Source: an uncultured Desulfospira sp.
GTDB taxonomy: Bacteria; Desulfobacterota; Desulfobacteria; Desulfobacterales; Desulfobacteraceae
DNA length: 64,000 nucleotides
Assembly (NCBI GenBank): GCA_963663165.1
Contig: OY760175.1
Span: forward strand, 1,856,001-1,920,000
Reading direction: 5' to 3'
Shown: piece by piece, positions 41,119 through 51,507 of the stretch
Layout: every line of letters begins with the position of its first letter
Position numbering within the stretch: position 1 is the first letter of the stretch
Notes under the pieces: model-generated
What the model was told of the DNA's origin: nothing
The model's database searches: none
The model's input: only the letters and a program-made list of their open reading frames with translations
Position numbers and translations under genes: made by a program

Positions 41119-41930
41119 TCCCTGAAAAGTAGATCCGTAAAAACAGGCCACTTCTGATTTAACCGGAAGATGGCCTGTTTATATTTTGACCTTAATTGAT
41201 TAACGCAATTTTTCGCCTGGATATACCTGTGAAAATCAGGGAACCACAGATTGTTTTTGAATCTTTTTTGAACCGTTACATTAATTTGCAACTTTCAATA
41301 TTTTTGACTGCCAACCTAACCTACTAAATTTATATGAAAAACCATTTCTTTTTTGAAATAATGAACGAAAAAAAATCCGTTACATTATTTGAATGTGAGC
41401 AGTCGTCAACTAATCGACGGAATACTTCATTCGCAGATATTGGGGAATATAAATTCTGGGTACGGAATGTAGGATCAGTCTGACATATAGGGTTTACAAT
41501 ACGAGTTATGTCCTCTTTTAAATTCGGAAAATGTTCTAAACACGATTTCCGGCCTCGTCCGGAAAAATTATCAACACAGGTAACTCCGCTTTCTATTTCC
41601 CGTCGCCCTTTGATTATTGTTTTCCGATCCCAACCCAGTTCTCTTTCAGCCTTTAGTTGTCCGCCGTGCCCCATAAGGGAGACAACGCGTGCCATGAATT
41701 GGCGCCGTTCATGGCCTTTTAATTTGCTTCGAGTGGTATTCAGAAAATCCTTTAGTGGTGGCGTTAATTCCGATATAGTTTTGGGTAAATTGTGCTTAGA
41801 ATGATCAAACATGGTCCTCCTGTATTTTTTATGTAATCTTCCATGTTGACCATAAACTATCGATTCCATGTTGTCTATAGAAATCAGAATTCAGACTATG
41901 GAATTGTGGATATTAATTTTTCTGAGGCCC

Positions 41931-42528
41931 TTATTCGTTCCAGAGAGTTGAGATATGCCTCTGGGTCGGTAGATGGAAAATAAGCAAATAGCGTATCTTT
42001 ATAAACTAGATCACCTGTGAAAAGAAAACCATTTTCTTTTTCCCATAAACACATATGCCCTGGAGAATGACCTGGGGTATGCAGTACTTGAAGACTACGT
42101 TCTCCTATATTAATACTTTCGTTCCCTTTTAATAGTTTTTTTGGCGTACCTTGAAAGAACTCATACTCCTCAACGTTGTAGCCTTTTGGCAAGCCACAGC
42201 GATCAACAACCATTTCTTTTATTTGTTCAATCGTTAATGGGAATTCTCCTTTGAGCCAGTTGAGTTCTGCTTTATGAGCATAAAAATTTGGGAAATGCTT
42301 ATGTCCGCCAATGTGATCCCAATGGATATGAGTGGCTATAGCGATTATTGGTTTGTCTGTTAGTTTAATGACCTCATTATAGATATTGCATATTCCAAGG
42401 CCTGTATCAATTAGTAAACTGCATTCAGTGCCATTCAAAAGATAGCAATGTGTTTCTTCCCAGTGTCGATATTCACTAATAATATATGTGTTTTTATTGA
42501 TTTGATCTATTGTAAACCAGTCGTTCAT
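41931..42528 (-). pseudogene. MBL-fold metallo-hydrolase cassette truncated by ISAzo13
   Basis: THIHWDHIGG, HTPGHSPG, FTGD. Confidence 0.88.
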
Positions 42529-42584
42529 CCCAATGGCCTTTCTGATTCTTAAGCGAAGTACTTTTTTGCTGTGGCGTTTTGTAC

Positions 42585-42713
42585 ACCCAACGGGGAGCTA
42601 ACCCGCCGGGAAAGTAACGGCGACAAACCTTAAAAAAACCAAGGGTTTTGGTTAAAATCACACCGTTTCAAAGCGGCTCAGTTTTCCCGGTCGGGTTCAG
42701 CGTTTGGTTAGTG
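42585..42713 (-). other. attC site 9
   Basis: R'' CACTAAC, R' GTTGGGT. Confidence 0.87.
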
Positions 42714-42716
42714 GCT

Positions 42717-43166
42717 TTATAATCCCCAAACCTCTTCCATATCGTCTATTGATAAATCATCATATCTGTTCATTGTTGCAAGCCATTCAGGCATATCCTC
42801 TTTGACACGTATTTTGAGATCATCGAGATCTTCTTTATCAATTTCACCGAGTTCGAAAAGAAACTGATAAAATTTTTTCAAGCTAGTAGCATTGCTTTTG
42901 ATTTGAGCAGGGCTTGACCATGATGCTTTTTTGATAAACCAGTACCCTAAAAACATCCCAATGTCTGATGAACCATCTTTTGCTTCAACCGCATCTTCAT
43001 AAAGAAGAAAGTCATTTATATAAAAATCGACATTTTCAATATGCTTTCTTATCGTCTGAACTTTAAGTCCTGAACTTTCCAGCCAATTTTCAAAATCTTT
43101 CAGCAGCTTTTTATTTTTTTTCCGAATTTCATTACATTCGGTTTCATATTTTTCATAATTATCCAT
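42717..43166 (-). CDS. Stand-alone tyrosine-recombinase N-terminal (SAM-like) domain protein, copy 1
   Basis: FENWL...GLKVQTIRKH...SLKKFYQFL pattern; no catalytic domain. Confidence 0.7.
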   Translation of the reverse strand: MDNYEKYETECNEIRKKNKKLLKDFENWLESSGLKVQTIRKHIENVDFYINDFLLYEDAVEAKDGSSDIGMFLGYWFIKKASWSSPAQIKSNATSLKKFYQFLFELGEIDKEDLDDLKIRVKEDMPEWLATMNRYDDLSIDDMEEVWGL

Positions 43167-43195
43167 TTCATATTCCTATTCGGTGGTGGTTTCAC

Positions 43196-43324
43196 CCCTA
43201 ACGGGGAGCTCAGCCGCCCGGAGACTATAACCGAGGACTTCCCTAAAATTAAATTCTTTTCAAAAACCAAGAGCTTTCAAAAAGCCGCTAGCTCTCCGGG
43301 TCGGCCTGCAGCGTTTTGTTATAT
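43196..43324 (-). other. attC site 10
   Basis: R'' ATATAAC, R' GTTAGGG. Confidence 0.88.
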
Positions 43325-43575
43325 GTATAATTGTTGAATTCACCTTGTCTTTCTTGCCAGCGGACTTCAGAGTAACACATATGCCCAGTTTTCCTTAAAC
43401 TTAAGAAATCCATCATTAAGAGTCATAGAAATTCGTTGAGAATAAATTACACTGGGAGTTCATAATTAAATTCTTCAAGTTTTATCATTGTCTCTCTAAC
43501 ACTCATGGTCACTTTACGCAAATCTTCTTTATCTATTTGGGCTTTTGACGCCACCTGCAAATATTTTAAAAAAAT

Positions 43576-43941
43576 TCAACTCTTGGTCTTTATTTTGTCC
43601 TTTGCATATAATCCAATATACAAGCCCATAGCGAACAAGATCACCGAAAAACTCTTTAACGCAATTGATAATCCAAATTTTAAATAAAAAAAGTAAATCA
43701 ATGTCGAAAAGATAAGCCCGCCTATTATCGATACTAAAATCTTAAACGCCAAATCAGAAAATGAACTGTAATTAGAAAGCATCTTTTCAGATATGACTAT
43801 TACTATTAGTGAAATAATAGCGAATACAATACAACCAATCAGGTTGGCTATAGATTGTTCCGCCATAAAAAAAACTATTCCATTCAAGACCATGAACAAA
43901 AAAGATAGAATAAACGCCAAGTAAAGCAATTTTCGTTTCAT
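43576..43941 (-). CDS. Four-TM membrane protein (cassette)
   Basis: Four hydrophobic segments; starts just after R'. Confidence 0.75.
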   Translation of the reverse strand: MKRKLLYLAFILSFLFMVLNGIVFFMAEQSIANLIGCIVFAIISLIVIVISEKMLSNYSSFSDLAFKILVSIIGGLIFSTLIYFFYLKFGLSIALKSFSVILFAMGLYIGLYAKDKIKTKS

Positions 43942-43956
43942 GGGATTCTCTCTAAA

Positions 43957-44085
43957 ATATAACGGGGAGCTAACCCGCCGGGAAAGTAACGGCGACAAAC
44001 CTTAAAAAAACCAAGGGTTTTGGTTAAAATCACACCGTTTCAAAGCGGCTCAGTTTTCCCGGTCGGGTTCAGCGTTTGGTTAGTG
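43957..44085 (-). other. attC site 11
   Basis: Near-identical to site 9; R' GTTATAT. Confidence 0.88.
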
Positions 44086-44088
44086 GCT

Positions 44089-44538
44089 TTATAATCCCCA
44101 AACCTCTTCCATATCGTCTATTGATAAATCATCATATCTGTTCATTGTTGCAAGCCATTCAGGCATATCCTCTTTGACACGTATTTTGAGATCATCGAGA
44201 TCTTCTTTATCAATTTCACCGAGTTCGAAAAGAAACTGATAAAATTTTTTCAAGCTAGTAGCATTGCTTTTGATTTGAGCAGGGCTTGACCATGATGCTT
44301 TTTTGATAAACCAGTACCCTAAAAACATCCCAATGTCTGATGAACCATCTTTTGCTTCAACCGCATCTTCATAAAGAAGAAAGTCATTTATATAAAAATC
44401 GACATTTTCAATATGTTTTCTTATCGTCTGAACTTTAAGTCCTGAACTTTCCAGCCAATTTTCAAAATCTTTCAGCAGCTTTTTATTTTTTTTCCGAATT
44501 TCATTACATTCGGTTTCATATTTTTCATAATTATCCAT
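44089..44538 (-). CDS. Recombinase N-domain protein, copy 2
   Basis: Identical protein to 42717-43166. Confidence 0.7.
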   Translation of the reverse strand: MDNYEKYETECNEIRKKNKKLLKDFENWLESSGLKVQTIRKHIENVDFYINDFLLYEDAVEAKDGSSDIGMFLGYWFIKKASWSSPAQIKSNATSLKKFYQFLFELGEIDKEDLDDLKIRVKEDMPEWLATMNRYDDLSIDDMEEVWGL

Positions 44539-44565
44539 TTCATTCCTATTCGGTGGTGGTTTCAC

Positions 44566-44625
44566 CCCTAACGTCGCTAATCAGCCGCGCGGCTTTTTGC
44601 GTCGGCTGAATTAGCATTGTTATAT
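44566..44625 (-). other. attC site 12 (60 bp)
   Basis: R'' ATATAAC, R' GTTAGGG; GCTAATTCAGCCG arms. Confidence 0.88.
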
Positions 44626-45276
44626 CATTTCTATTTGTATTGCATCCTTGTTTGCCCTAACAAATTCAAAAATTTTACGTATATCAGGGAATGGATCATC
44701 ATAAAAAGCAGTATCATGCTTATCAAAATGTTCCCACATTTGATCTTCGTTGATATTTTCGATTTCTTGCAGCTGTTTCCAGCGTTCGCCTCTATCAGTC
44801 GAGGGGCCTTCTTTTCCAAAAATACTAATCACGGACTTAAACCTTTCCTCAGCTACCGAATCACCACTCAAGGCGATTATATCATACAGGTCTTTCCAGT
44901 GATCACTTGCTGAATTGAAAAAGTATTGATGAAAACCACCATTATAGATTTCTGGTTCGAAAGCAAATAGGCCAGTAATAGCACTTTCTAATTTGGTGAT
45001 GGGTTTACCATTTAGAATTTTCCATGAAATGATTGTATTGAAAGCATCAAGAACAATATCCTCGCCTTCATCAAGGTCGACATCAAAGAAAGCATCTATA
45101 TCTGAACCAAATTTAAATCGTATTTCTGAAAAGGCCTTTTTGTATTCTTTCCGTGCTTCTTCCGAAATAGGTTCAATACCCTCTCCATAGGGAGATGTCT
45201 TTTCCATCATCTCGTGAATTAAATCTTTGTAAGACCCGACCTTATATTCCATTTCAGTGATTTGTTCCTTATACAT
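44620..45276 (-). CDS. DUF4375/DMP19-like acidic protein (cassette)
   Basis: EIYNGGFHQYFFNS motif. Confidence 0.78.
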   Translation of the reverse strand: MYKEQITEMEYKVGSYKDLIHEMMEKTSPYGEGIEPISEEARKEYKKAFSEIRFKFGSDIDAFFDVDLDEGEDIVLDAFNTIISWKILNGKPITKLESAITGLFAFEPEIYNGGFHQYFFNSASDHWKDLYDIIALSGDSVAEERFKSVISIFGKEGPSTDRGERWKQLQEIENINEDQMWEHFDKHDTAFYDDPFPDIRKIFEFVRANKDAIQIEMI

Positions 45277-45282
45277 ATTGAG

Positions 45283-45412
45283 ATATAACGGGGAGCTGAG
45301 GGGCCAGGCTTTTAAACCACAAAAGCTCCGATAAAAGTTTTAATTTTCCTAAACCAGGGACTCCCAAAAGGCCGCTCTGTAAGCCTGGTCCCTCTCCAGC
45401 GTTTTGTTCTTT
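45283..45412 (-). other. attC site 13
   Basis: R'' AAAGAAC, R' GTTATAT. Confidence 0.88.
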
Positions 45413-45468
45413 TCTATTTTTATAGTGCCTTTCAATTTGACTACCGTTTTCATCTAAAGGATATTATC

Positions 45469-46966
45469 CAATGTCATTAACTTAAGAAGATTTTGTGTTT
45501 AACTTGCTGATATTAATGATAAAATCATTGAAAAAATGAAATCGACATGATATACTCAATTCTAATAATAACAGCCAATTATCATAAAAAAAGGAGCATA
45601 TCATGTCGAAATTTGATAACAATTTTACACCGGTTGGCACGGAACCTGCTTTCCAATATATGTGCCAAACTAATTGATTTTCTTAAAAAAAATATCAATT
45701 CTTCAAATTTTATCAATCAACACCGCCAAAGTCCAAAAAATTTCACCCGTAACAGAAAACTGTCCTTTTCAATACTTATATTTTTCCTGATGAATTTGGT
45801 CAAGGGTTCATATCAGGATGAACTCGACCATTTCTTTAAAGCCATATTCGGGTTTGATGTTATAAGGCGATTTATCTCCAAGCCAGCCTTGACCAAAGCC
45901 AGGATGAAATTAAAATACGAGGCATTCTCCGAGCTTAATGATCAGCAGATAGATTTTTTCTATCAGAATTTTGCCCCCTTGAGATGGGAGGGTTTTAATC
46001 TGCTTGCTATAGACGGGTCGACAGCTCAACTGCCCCGGATTGAATCAATATTAAAACATTTTGGAGCATGGAATCCACGCCAGGGAGAAAAATGCCCCAT
46101 GGCCCGCATTTCTCAGATGTTCGATCCACTCAACAAAATAACTGTTGACGCTCAAATTGTCCCCAAAGAAACTGGAGAACGTGAACTGGCCGCCTTCCAT
46201 TGTTTAAAAATGGTACCAGGTGACCTTATACTTCTGGACAGGGGCTATCCAGCATATTGGCTGTTTAATCTCATTCTCAATCAAGGTGCCGATTTTTGCG
46301 CCCGGATTCAGCTAAAAAGATGGAAAATAGTCCGGCAATTTTATAATTCAGGCAAGAAGGAAAAAATCATATCTTTGACGCCATTCCCCAGTTCAATAAA
46401 ACAATGCAAAGAAATGGGGCTTGATTTAAAGCCATTAAAACTACGATTGATTCGGATTGAGTTAGAGACAGGCGAAGCTGAAATCCTCATTACATCCATC
46501 ATTGACAAACAAACCTTTACGCATAATCAGTTTTCTGAACTTTATCATTTGAGGTGGCCTGTAGAAGAAGACTACAAGACTATGAAACAATGGATAGAAA
46601 TAGAAAATTTCACCGGAAAATCAGTCCTGTCCGTTTACCAGGATTTCCATGCGAGAGTGTTCTCAAAGAATCTGACATCAATATTAGCTTTTCCCACTCA
46701 GACCATTATTGACAAAAATACTGAGGATCGGATGTATAAATATAAGCCGAATTTTGCACAGGCTTTATCAAAAATGAAGGACGTTCTTCCGCTATTGTTC
46801 GTTCGCTCAGGTGAAAAGGTTGTTGAGTTGATATCAGCTATACAAGACATTATTGTCAGGACTATAGAACCGGTAAGACCGGGCAGAAAATTTCCAAGGA
46901 ATTTCAATAATCGAAGCGGTCGTTTCCATTGCTGTTATAAACCACTTCGTTAAGTTAATGACATTG
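45469..46966 (+). mobile_element. IS4-family element
   Basis: TIR CAATGTCATTAACTTAA; 10-bp target duplication GGATATTATC. Confidence 0.93.
45547..46953 (+). CDS. IS4-family transposase (start uncertain)
   Basis: LLAIDGS, LDRGYP, YHLRWPVEEDYK. Confidence 0.92.
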   Translation: MIYSILIITANYHKKRSISCRNLITILHRLARNLLSNICAKLIDFLKKNINSSNFINQHRQSPKNFTRNRKLSFSILIFFLMNLVKGSYQDELDHFFKAIFGFDVIRRFISKPALTKARMKLKYEAFSELNDQQIDFFYQNFAPLRWEGFNLLAIDGSTAQLPRIESILKHFGAWNPRQGEKCPMARISQMFDPLNKITVDAQIVPKETGERELAAFHCLKMVPGDLILLDRGYPAYWLFNLILNQGADFCARIQLKRWKIVRQFYNSGKKEKIISLTPFPSSIKQCKEMGLDLKPLKLRLIRIELETGEAEILITSIIDKQTFTHNQFSELYHLRWPVEEDYKTMKQWIEIENFTGKSVLSVYQDFHARVFSKNLTSILAFPTQTIIDKNTEDRMYKYKPNFAQALSKMKDVLPLLFVRSGEKVVELISAIQDIIVRTIEPVRPGRKFPRNFNNRSGRFHCCYKPLR

Positions 46967-48104
46967 GGATATTATCCAAAACTATGGCAGCCAGCAAACA
47001 TACCCTTCTACAAGTTAAATCAATACATTGTTATAAGTCGGATAGTTTTTTCAACATTGTTTACCTGGAAAGAAATAAGGTATTTTTTAGCTCGACCTCT
47101 CGCTTCACTGAACAAATCAACAACCGTATTAAACTTAATACATTCATAATCTTTATTGTAATCCATATTGAATATATAATTGGTGTTTATAGTATTTCGA
47201 ATGATGTCCCTAAACTGATTAAAACTTAAACTATCAAGTCCAATTATTTGCAAAGCTCCAAGTTTGTTTTCCAATAAATATAAATATTTTTTTTCATCAA
47301 TTTGTACATCAAAATCTTTAATAAGGGCTGGTTGCCTTGTAACTGTGTTAAGAGAAAATATCTGGTCATCGTTATCAAACTCAGAATACCTTCTTTGAAT
47401 TTTAAAAGTTAGAAAGCTGTGATATGCGAACTCCTTTATGTTTCTAATTTTGTATCCATATTTTTCATAATCAATGAAAGAATAGTTAATTGGACTTGAA
47501 TCGTCTATTTCTTCATCTTCGTTGACCGGTAAAATAGCAATTTTTTTATAAAATAAGCATTTCTGTGCTATTGATGAAGCAACTATATCCTTGAGATGGC
47601 AACTATAAGTTATATCGGTATATCCTACGTAGAAAGGCATTTTTTTTAAGCCGCTATCTATATCGGCAAGTTTCGTAGAAGAAATATTATTTATAACTAT
47701 AACGAAATATTGAGAACTGTTTCTATAGTTCAGAGGGGCATTGAAATTTATACTTCGTAGCATTATTTCTTTTACAGCTCTCTGTCCATCTCGATCTTTG
47801 GGGCCGATGAGATCCCCATAAAACATCGCCGTTTTTTCTATACCAACAAGAAGTGGTATAAATCCTCTAAGGGATGTGGTAAAATTAAAACCCACAATTC
47901 ATTCCTCATAGCATGGAATATCAACAGCCCATTTTTCAATCCCTGGAATCCGAATAATTTTGTTTTCTATATTATTCACGGCGGACTTGACCAAACGTAC
48001 CCCTGTCGGGTAAACACCTTTGATTAATGAGAGCAATCACGATAATTCATGGACAACGTTTCATGGTAAATAAGGGCTTTCCCGGAGGCCAAGAGAGCCC
48101 GATT

Positions 48105-48893
48105 TTAACTGATAATTTTTTCAGCTTTTTGTAATGTCCTGATCAGATACTGTGTTTTTTTTCGTTCATCCGCATGATTAATCCAATCCTGCCTTTCATT
48201 GATAATGCGATTGTAAATTTCCATTCGTGAAAAACCTCTTCTATAGAGGGCCAGAGCATATGCAAAATCAGTGGCAGATTCGTCACCCTTATCATAGAGG
48301 GAGCGGGAAATATTACCGTTATGGCACACTCCCCCCCGGGGTTGATGGGAAAAGACTTCTTGAGGTCGGGAGGATAATTCTATTTCAGGGACAATAGCCT
48401 GGCATTTCCAGTCCACCCATAATAGCTTTGCCAAAGGGTATTGTCCTGAAGGCGTTCTATGTTTTGCTTTTCTGTTCCTGAACCCGGGGCATCTGCCCCA
48501 CCTGTTTTTCGGGTCGGCGCCGGGATCACTGTGCATGTTTTCCAACCAATACTTTTTTTCGGGAAGGCTTAACGGACGGTCACTGTGAATCCAAATTTGA
48601 TAATTGCCGGGAGATGTTTCCATAACCATCCTGCCTGGTTTAAAGCGGTTTGATATGGATTGATGATGCCGGATAAGCAGGTCAATGTTTAAATCGTCGG
48701 CAAGAAAATAATAAGGCTCAATAACAGGATCAGGTCTGATCAGGATGTGCCTTCCTCCGGCATTTTCAGCTTTAAGATAAGGGATGTTTTTACAAGAGGG
48801 GAGAACGGGCCACCGGCCCTTAATTTCATCAAGAACTGCCAGGCTGAAGCGGTGCTTAAAATAATTGCCGATTTTCCATAGTATTTTTTCCAT
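48105..48893 (-). CDS. RepB-like DNA primase (RSF1010 RepB' type)
   Basis: LADDL, METSPGNYQIW, DPGA, RCPGFRNRK, C-terminal DESATDF. Confidence 0.82.
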   Translation of the reverse strand: MEKILWKIGNYFKHRFSLAVLDEIKGRWPVLPSCKNIPYLKAENAGGRHILIRPDPVIEPYYFLADDLNIDLLIRHHQSISNRFKPGRMVMETSPGNYQIWIHSDRPLSLPEKKYWLENMHSDPGADPKNRWGRCPGFRNRKAKHRTPSGQYPLAKLLWVDWKCQAIVPEIELSSRPQEVFSHQPRGGVCHNGNISRSLYDKGDESATDFAYALALYRRGFSRMEIYNRIINERQDWINHADERKKTQYLIRTLQKAEKIIS

Positions 48894-48930
48894 TGAGGCA
48901 GGCCCGGACCTTTAGAGTCCGGGCGTACGT

Positions 48931-49113
48931 TTAAAACGGCTCGTGTTCTTTATGACGGTTCTTTTCCGTGAGCCTTTGTTTCTGGAATTGCCTGAAGGCC
49001 CGATATTCCATATTCAAGTTTTCAAGTCCGGCAAGGACCATATCCAGGATAAAATGTTCCAATTCCTGTGTAATTTCTTCCAGTTTCATGTCCGGATCAT
49101 CATAAATACCCAT
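48931..49113 (-). CDS. Small hypothetical protein (T2)
   Basis: RBS AGGAG; operonic position. Confidence 0.65.
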   Translation of the reverse strand: MGIYDDPDMKLEEITQELEHFILDMVLAGLENLNMEYRAFRQFQKQRLTEKNRHKEHEPF

Positions 49114-49122
49114 ATTGTTCTC

Positions 49123-49950
49123 CTATGATTTTTTATTGGGCGGCTGTCTGGAATAGACTTCCATAAAAAGTTTTTCGTCCAATTGATTGAGTTCTTTCTC
49201 AATCCCCGCAGCCAGCAGGTCTGCGGCCATACTGTTAAGAACCCGCAGGTTGCCGGCGCAATGGTCTGCAAGGGTCCTGATCAGAGTTTTCGTCATTAAG
49301 TGCGGGGCGCCGGCCTGGTTCAGGCTGTGATCCATGTAATCCAGCAGGTCATCCCGGACATAGGGAAGCAGCGTCAACCGGAACTGCATCCGGCTTCCCA
49401 GCGATACCAGGGATCTTGATCTGAACCGTTCCGGGAGCCGGTCATCGCCGCAAATCACGGTGGTCAACAGGTTTTGGGAGTCAAAGTCCGCGCTGTTCAA
49501 CAAACGCAGTTCATTTAAGCATCCGGTCAGCATCTCCTGGGCTTCATCTATGAGCAGGATGGGCCGGAACAAGGTGGTTTTTACATGATGCCTCCAGCGC
49601 TCCCGAAGATCCTTGAACCCGCCATACCGGTTGGCAGGGCTTAAATTGACACCAAACAAAACTCCCATTTCCCGGTAAAAGTCTCCGACACTGCTTTGGG
49701 GACGTTCCATTACCCCGACAACTACCTCGTCAAGTTTACCGAACTTTTGGGCAATCATCTGCAACGCCTTGGATTTGCCAAGGCCAGGGTCCCCGCTGAT
49801 CAAAGCAAAGCCCCCGTTCAGGGTCATATTCTCAAGACGAAAAATAAAACTGTTCATCAATGGCGGATGCCATAAAGCCTCCACGGGGATATTGGACAAA
49901 AAAGGATTCCATTTAAGGCCGTAATAAGCCAGAAGCTGTTTGTTGTTCAT
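49123..49950 (-). CDS. ExeA-type AAA ATPase (T2)
   Basis: YGLKWNPF, GDPGLGKS, LLIDEAQ. Confidence 0.9.
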   Translation of the reverse strand: MNNKQLLAYYGLKWNPFLSNIPVEALWHPPLMNSFIFRLENMTLNGGFALISGDPGLGKSKALQMIAQKFGKLDEVVVGVMERPQSSVGDFYREMGVLFGVNLSPANRYGGFKDLRERWRHHVKTTLFRPILLIDEAQEMLTGCLNELRLLNSADFDSQNLLTTVICGDDRLPERFRSRSLVSLGSRMQFRLTLLPYVRDDLLDYMDHSLNQAGAPHLMTKTLIRTLADHCAGNLRVLNSMAADLLAAGIEKELNQLDEKLFMEVYSRQPPNKKS

Positions 49951-51392
49951 GATTCTCCTTTGGGCAGATAGGCTGGGGGCATGCCGCTTTGGGCATACTC
50001 GGCCATCAGTTTTCTTAATAATGCAGGCTCGGATTCTTTCAATGTTTCATCCGGTAGAATGGTATGTTCAGGTCTCGACTTGATCTTTCGTTTTCCTGAA
50101 GCATTTTTGATTTTGTCTTGGGGGTAGATCGGCGCAATCTGTTTGCCGGTTCTCTGGTCCATGAGCCAGGCCATGGATTTATCCCAATTGGCAAAGCAGA
50201 CATGTAACCGAGGGATATGGTGAAACCGGGAAGGGATCTCAAATCTTACCCCGTTGATGGACACGGTACCGTCAGACTTGCGCTGATTTCTGACTTCGCA
50301 AACTGTAAAGGCGAAACGTAATTGTTCTTCATCCGGTGCCGGCCGGGAAACATCTTTGCCTTCAAGCATGCGTTGAACAGGAGATGTGCCGATGTCACTA
50401 TGCCTGGTTTTGTTATATTCCATCTCGACCCAAGCCTGACTGCGGTGATTGAGATATTCCAGTGTCAGAGGGTCCACCCGGGTCAGCATGGCCATCAATC
50501 TGCCTTCAAGGGTGCCCCAAAAGGCTTCCTGCTTACCGTTTTGATAAGGGCTGTAGGGCAATGTCGTTTCATGAAGTATCCCTGTTTTCTTAAGCCCGTT
50601 GCAAAACTCATGGGAGGTCATGGCAGATCCGTTGTCCGTCATCAGTGCCCTGGGAAGCCCCCTTTTGAAAAAGGCCTGGGTCAATCCATGAATCAAATCC
50701 TGGGTGGTTTCTCCTGAATACCATTGGATGTGGCAGCACAGGCGGGAGTGGTCGTCAAGAATACATAAGGCTTTGGGCGTATACCAGTTACCGTTGTTAT
50801 CCACCACCCGCAGACTGCCTTCATGAAAATCCAGATGCCACAGGCTGTGAACACATTCTGCTTCATATCCACGGATCTCATGGCTTTCGAACCGCGTTGC
50901 GGCAGTTTTCATGCCCGCTGTCTGTTTTTTCTTGGCTGAGGGTTTCCTGGTCCACCCTCTTTCGACCATCCGCCGCCGGACACTGGCATAGGATGGTATC
51001 GATACTGAATTGGCTTTTTCTTGAAGTTCTGCTGCGAAATTATCTGCGTGCAGTTTGTAGCTCCAGTTCGGATAGGTCCGGTATTGTCTGCCCAGCATCC
51101 GGATCAGTTCAGGCGTGAATACAATTGAACCGCCATAGTCTGAACGAACTTTCCGTCCTAAAGCAATGATGGGGTCCTGGGCATTTTTTGCCTTGTAATA
51201 CCAGCTTTCAATAGTTGAAAAATGAAATACCGTCGATTCGTTCGTGATGGGATGGGTGTAAATCTGATTGGAAAGCTTTTCCAGTTCCTTACGCAGCTCA
51301 CCCTTGGCCGGCGGATTTGCCAGCAAACCACCAACGACTGAGAAGCGAAACAAAGCCCATTTATCAACCGGACTTTGGTTTTTACTGTTCAT
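49947..51392 (-). CDS. IS481/Mu-like DDE transposase (T2)
   Basis: WHLDFH, LDDHSR, TDNGSA, NGKQE; Mu-like C-terminal DGTVSINGVRFEIP. Confidence 0.9.
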   Translation of the reverse strand: MNSKNQSPVDKWALFRFSVVGGLLANPPAKGELRKELEKLSNQIYTHPITNESTVFHFSTIESWYYKAKNAQDPIIALGRKVRSDYGGSIVFTPELIRMLGRQYRTYPNWSYKLHADNFAAELQEKANSVSIPSYASVRRRMVERGWTRKPSAKKKQTAGMKTAATRFESHEIRGYEAECVHSLWHLDFHEGSLRVVDNNGNWYTPKALCILDDHSRLCCHIQWYSGETTQDLIHGLTQAFFKRGLPRALMTDNGSAMTSHEFCNGLKKTGILHETTLPYSPYQNGKQEAFWGTLEGRLMAMLTRVDPLTLEYLNHRSQAWVEMEYNKTRHSDIGTSPVQRMLEGKDVSRPAPDEEQLRFAFTVCEVRNQRKSDGTVSINGVRFEIPSRFHHIPRLHVCFANWDKSMAWLMDQRTGKQIAPIYPQDKIKNASGKRKIKSRPEHTILPDETLKESEPALLRKLMAEYAQSGMPPAYLPKGES

Positions 51393-51507
51393 AGGCCGGG
51401 GTCCTTTCAATTTTAAGTTAAAATTTTCAGCGGAATGCTGATAAAAATCCCGGCCCCTTTGATAGAACAGTTGATCGCCCAAGGCCACGCCCATCTTCTG
51501 CGTGAGA

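Larger units (their letters stand above)
37124..41401 (+). mobile_element. Transposon T1 copy 2
   Basis: Same length and ORFs as copy 1; 6-bp target duplication GTCGTC. Confidence 0.93.
36267..41930 (-). mobile_element. ISAzo13-family copy A, interrupted by T1
   Basis: GGGATGTGG/GAGGCCC ends; flanks TAA and TTA do not match; transposase ISMDAK, PPYHSKYNPIER. Confidence 0.88.

Noticed and set aside
42717..43166. Integron integrase intI
   Set aside because: Only 149 aa with no catalytic RHRY residues; no intI is present in this window
49123..49950. ExeA as part of a type II secretion system
   Set aside because: It overlaps a DDE transposase inside TIRs, with no secretion genes nearby
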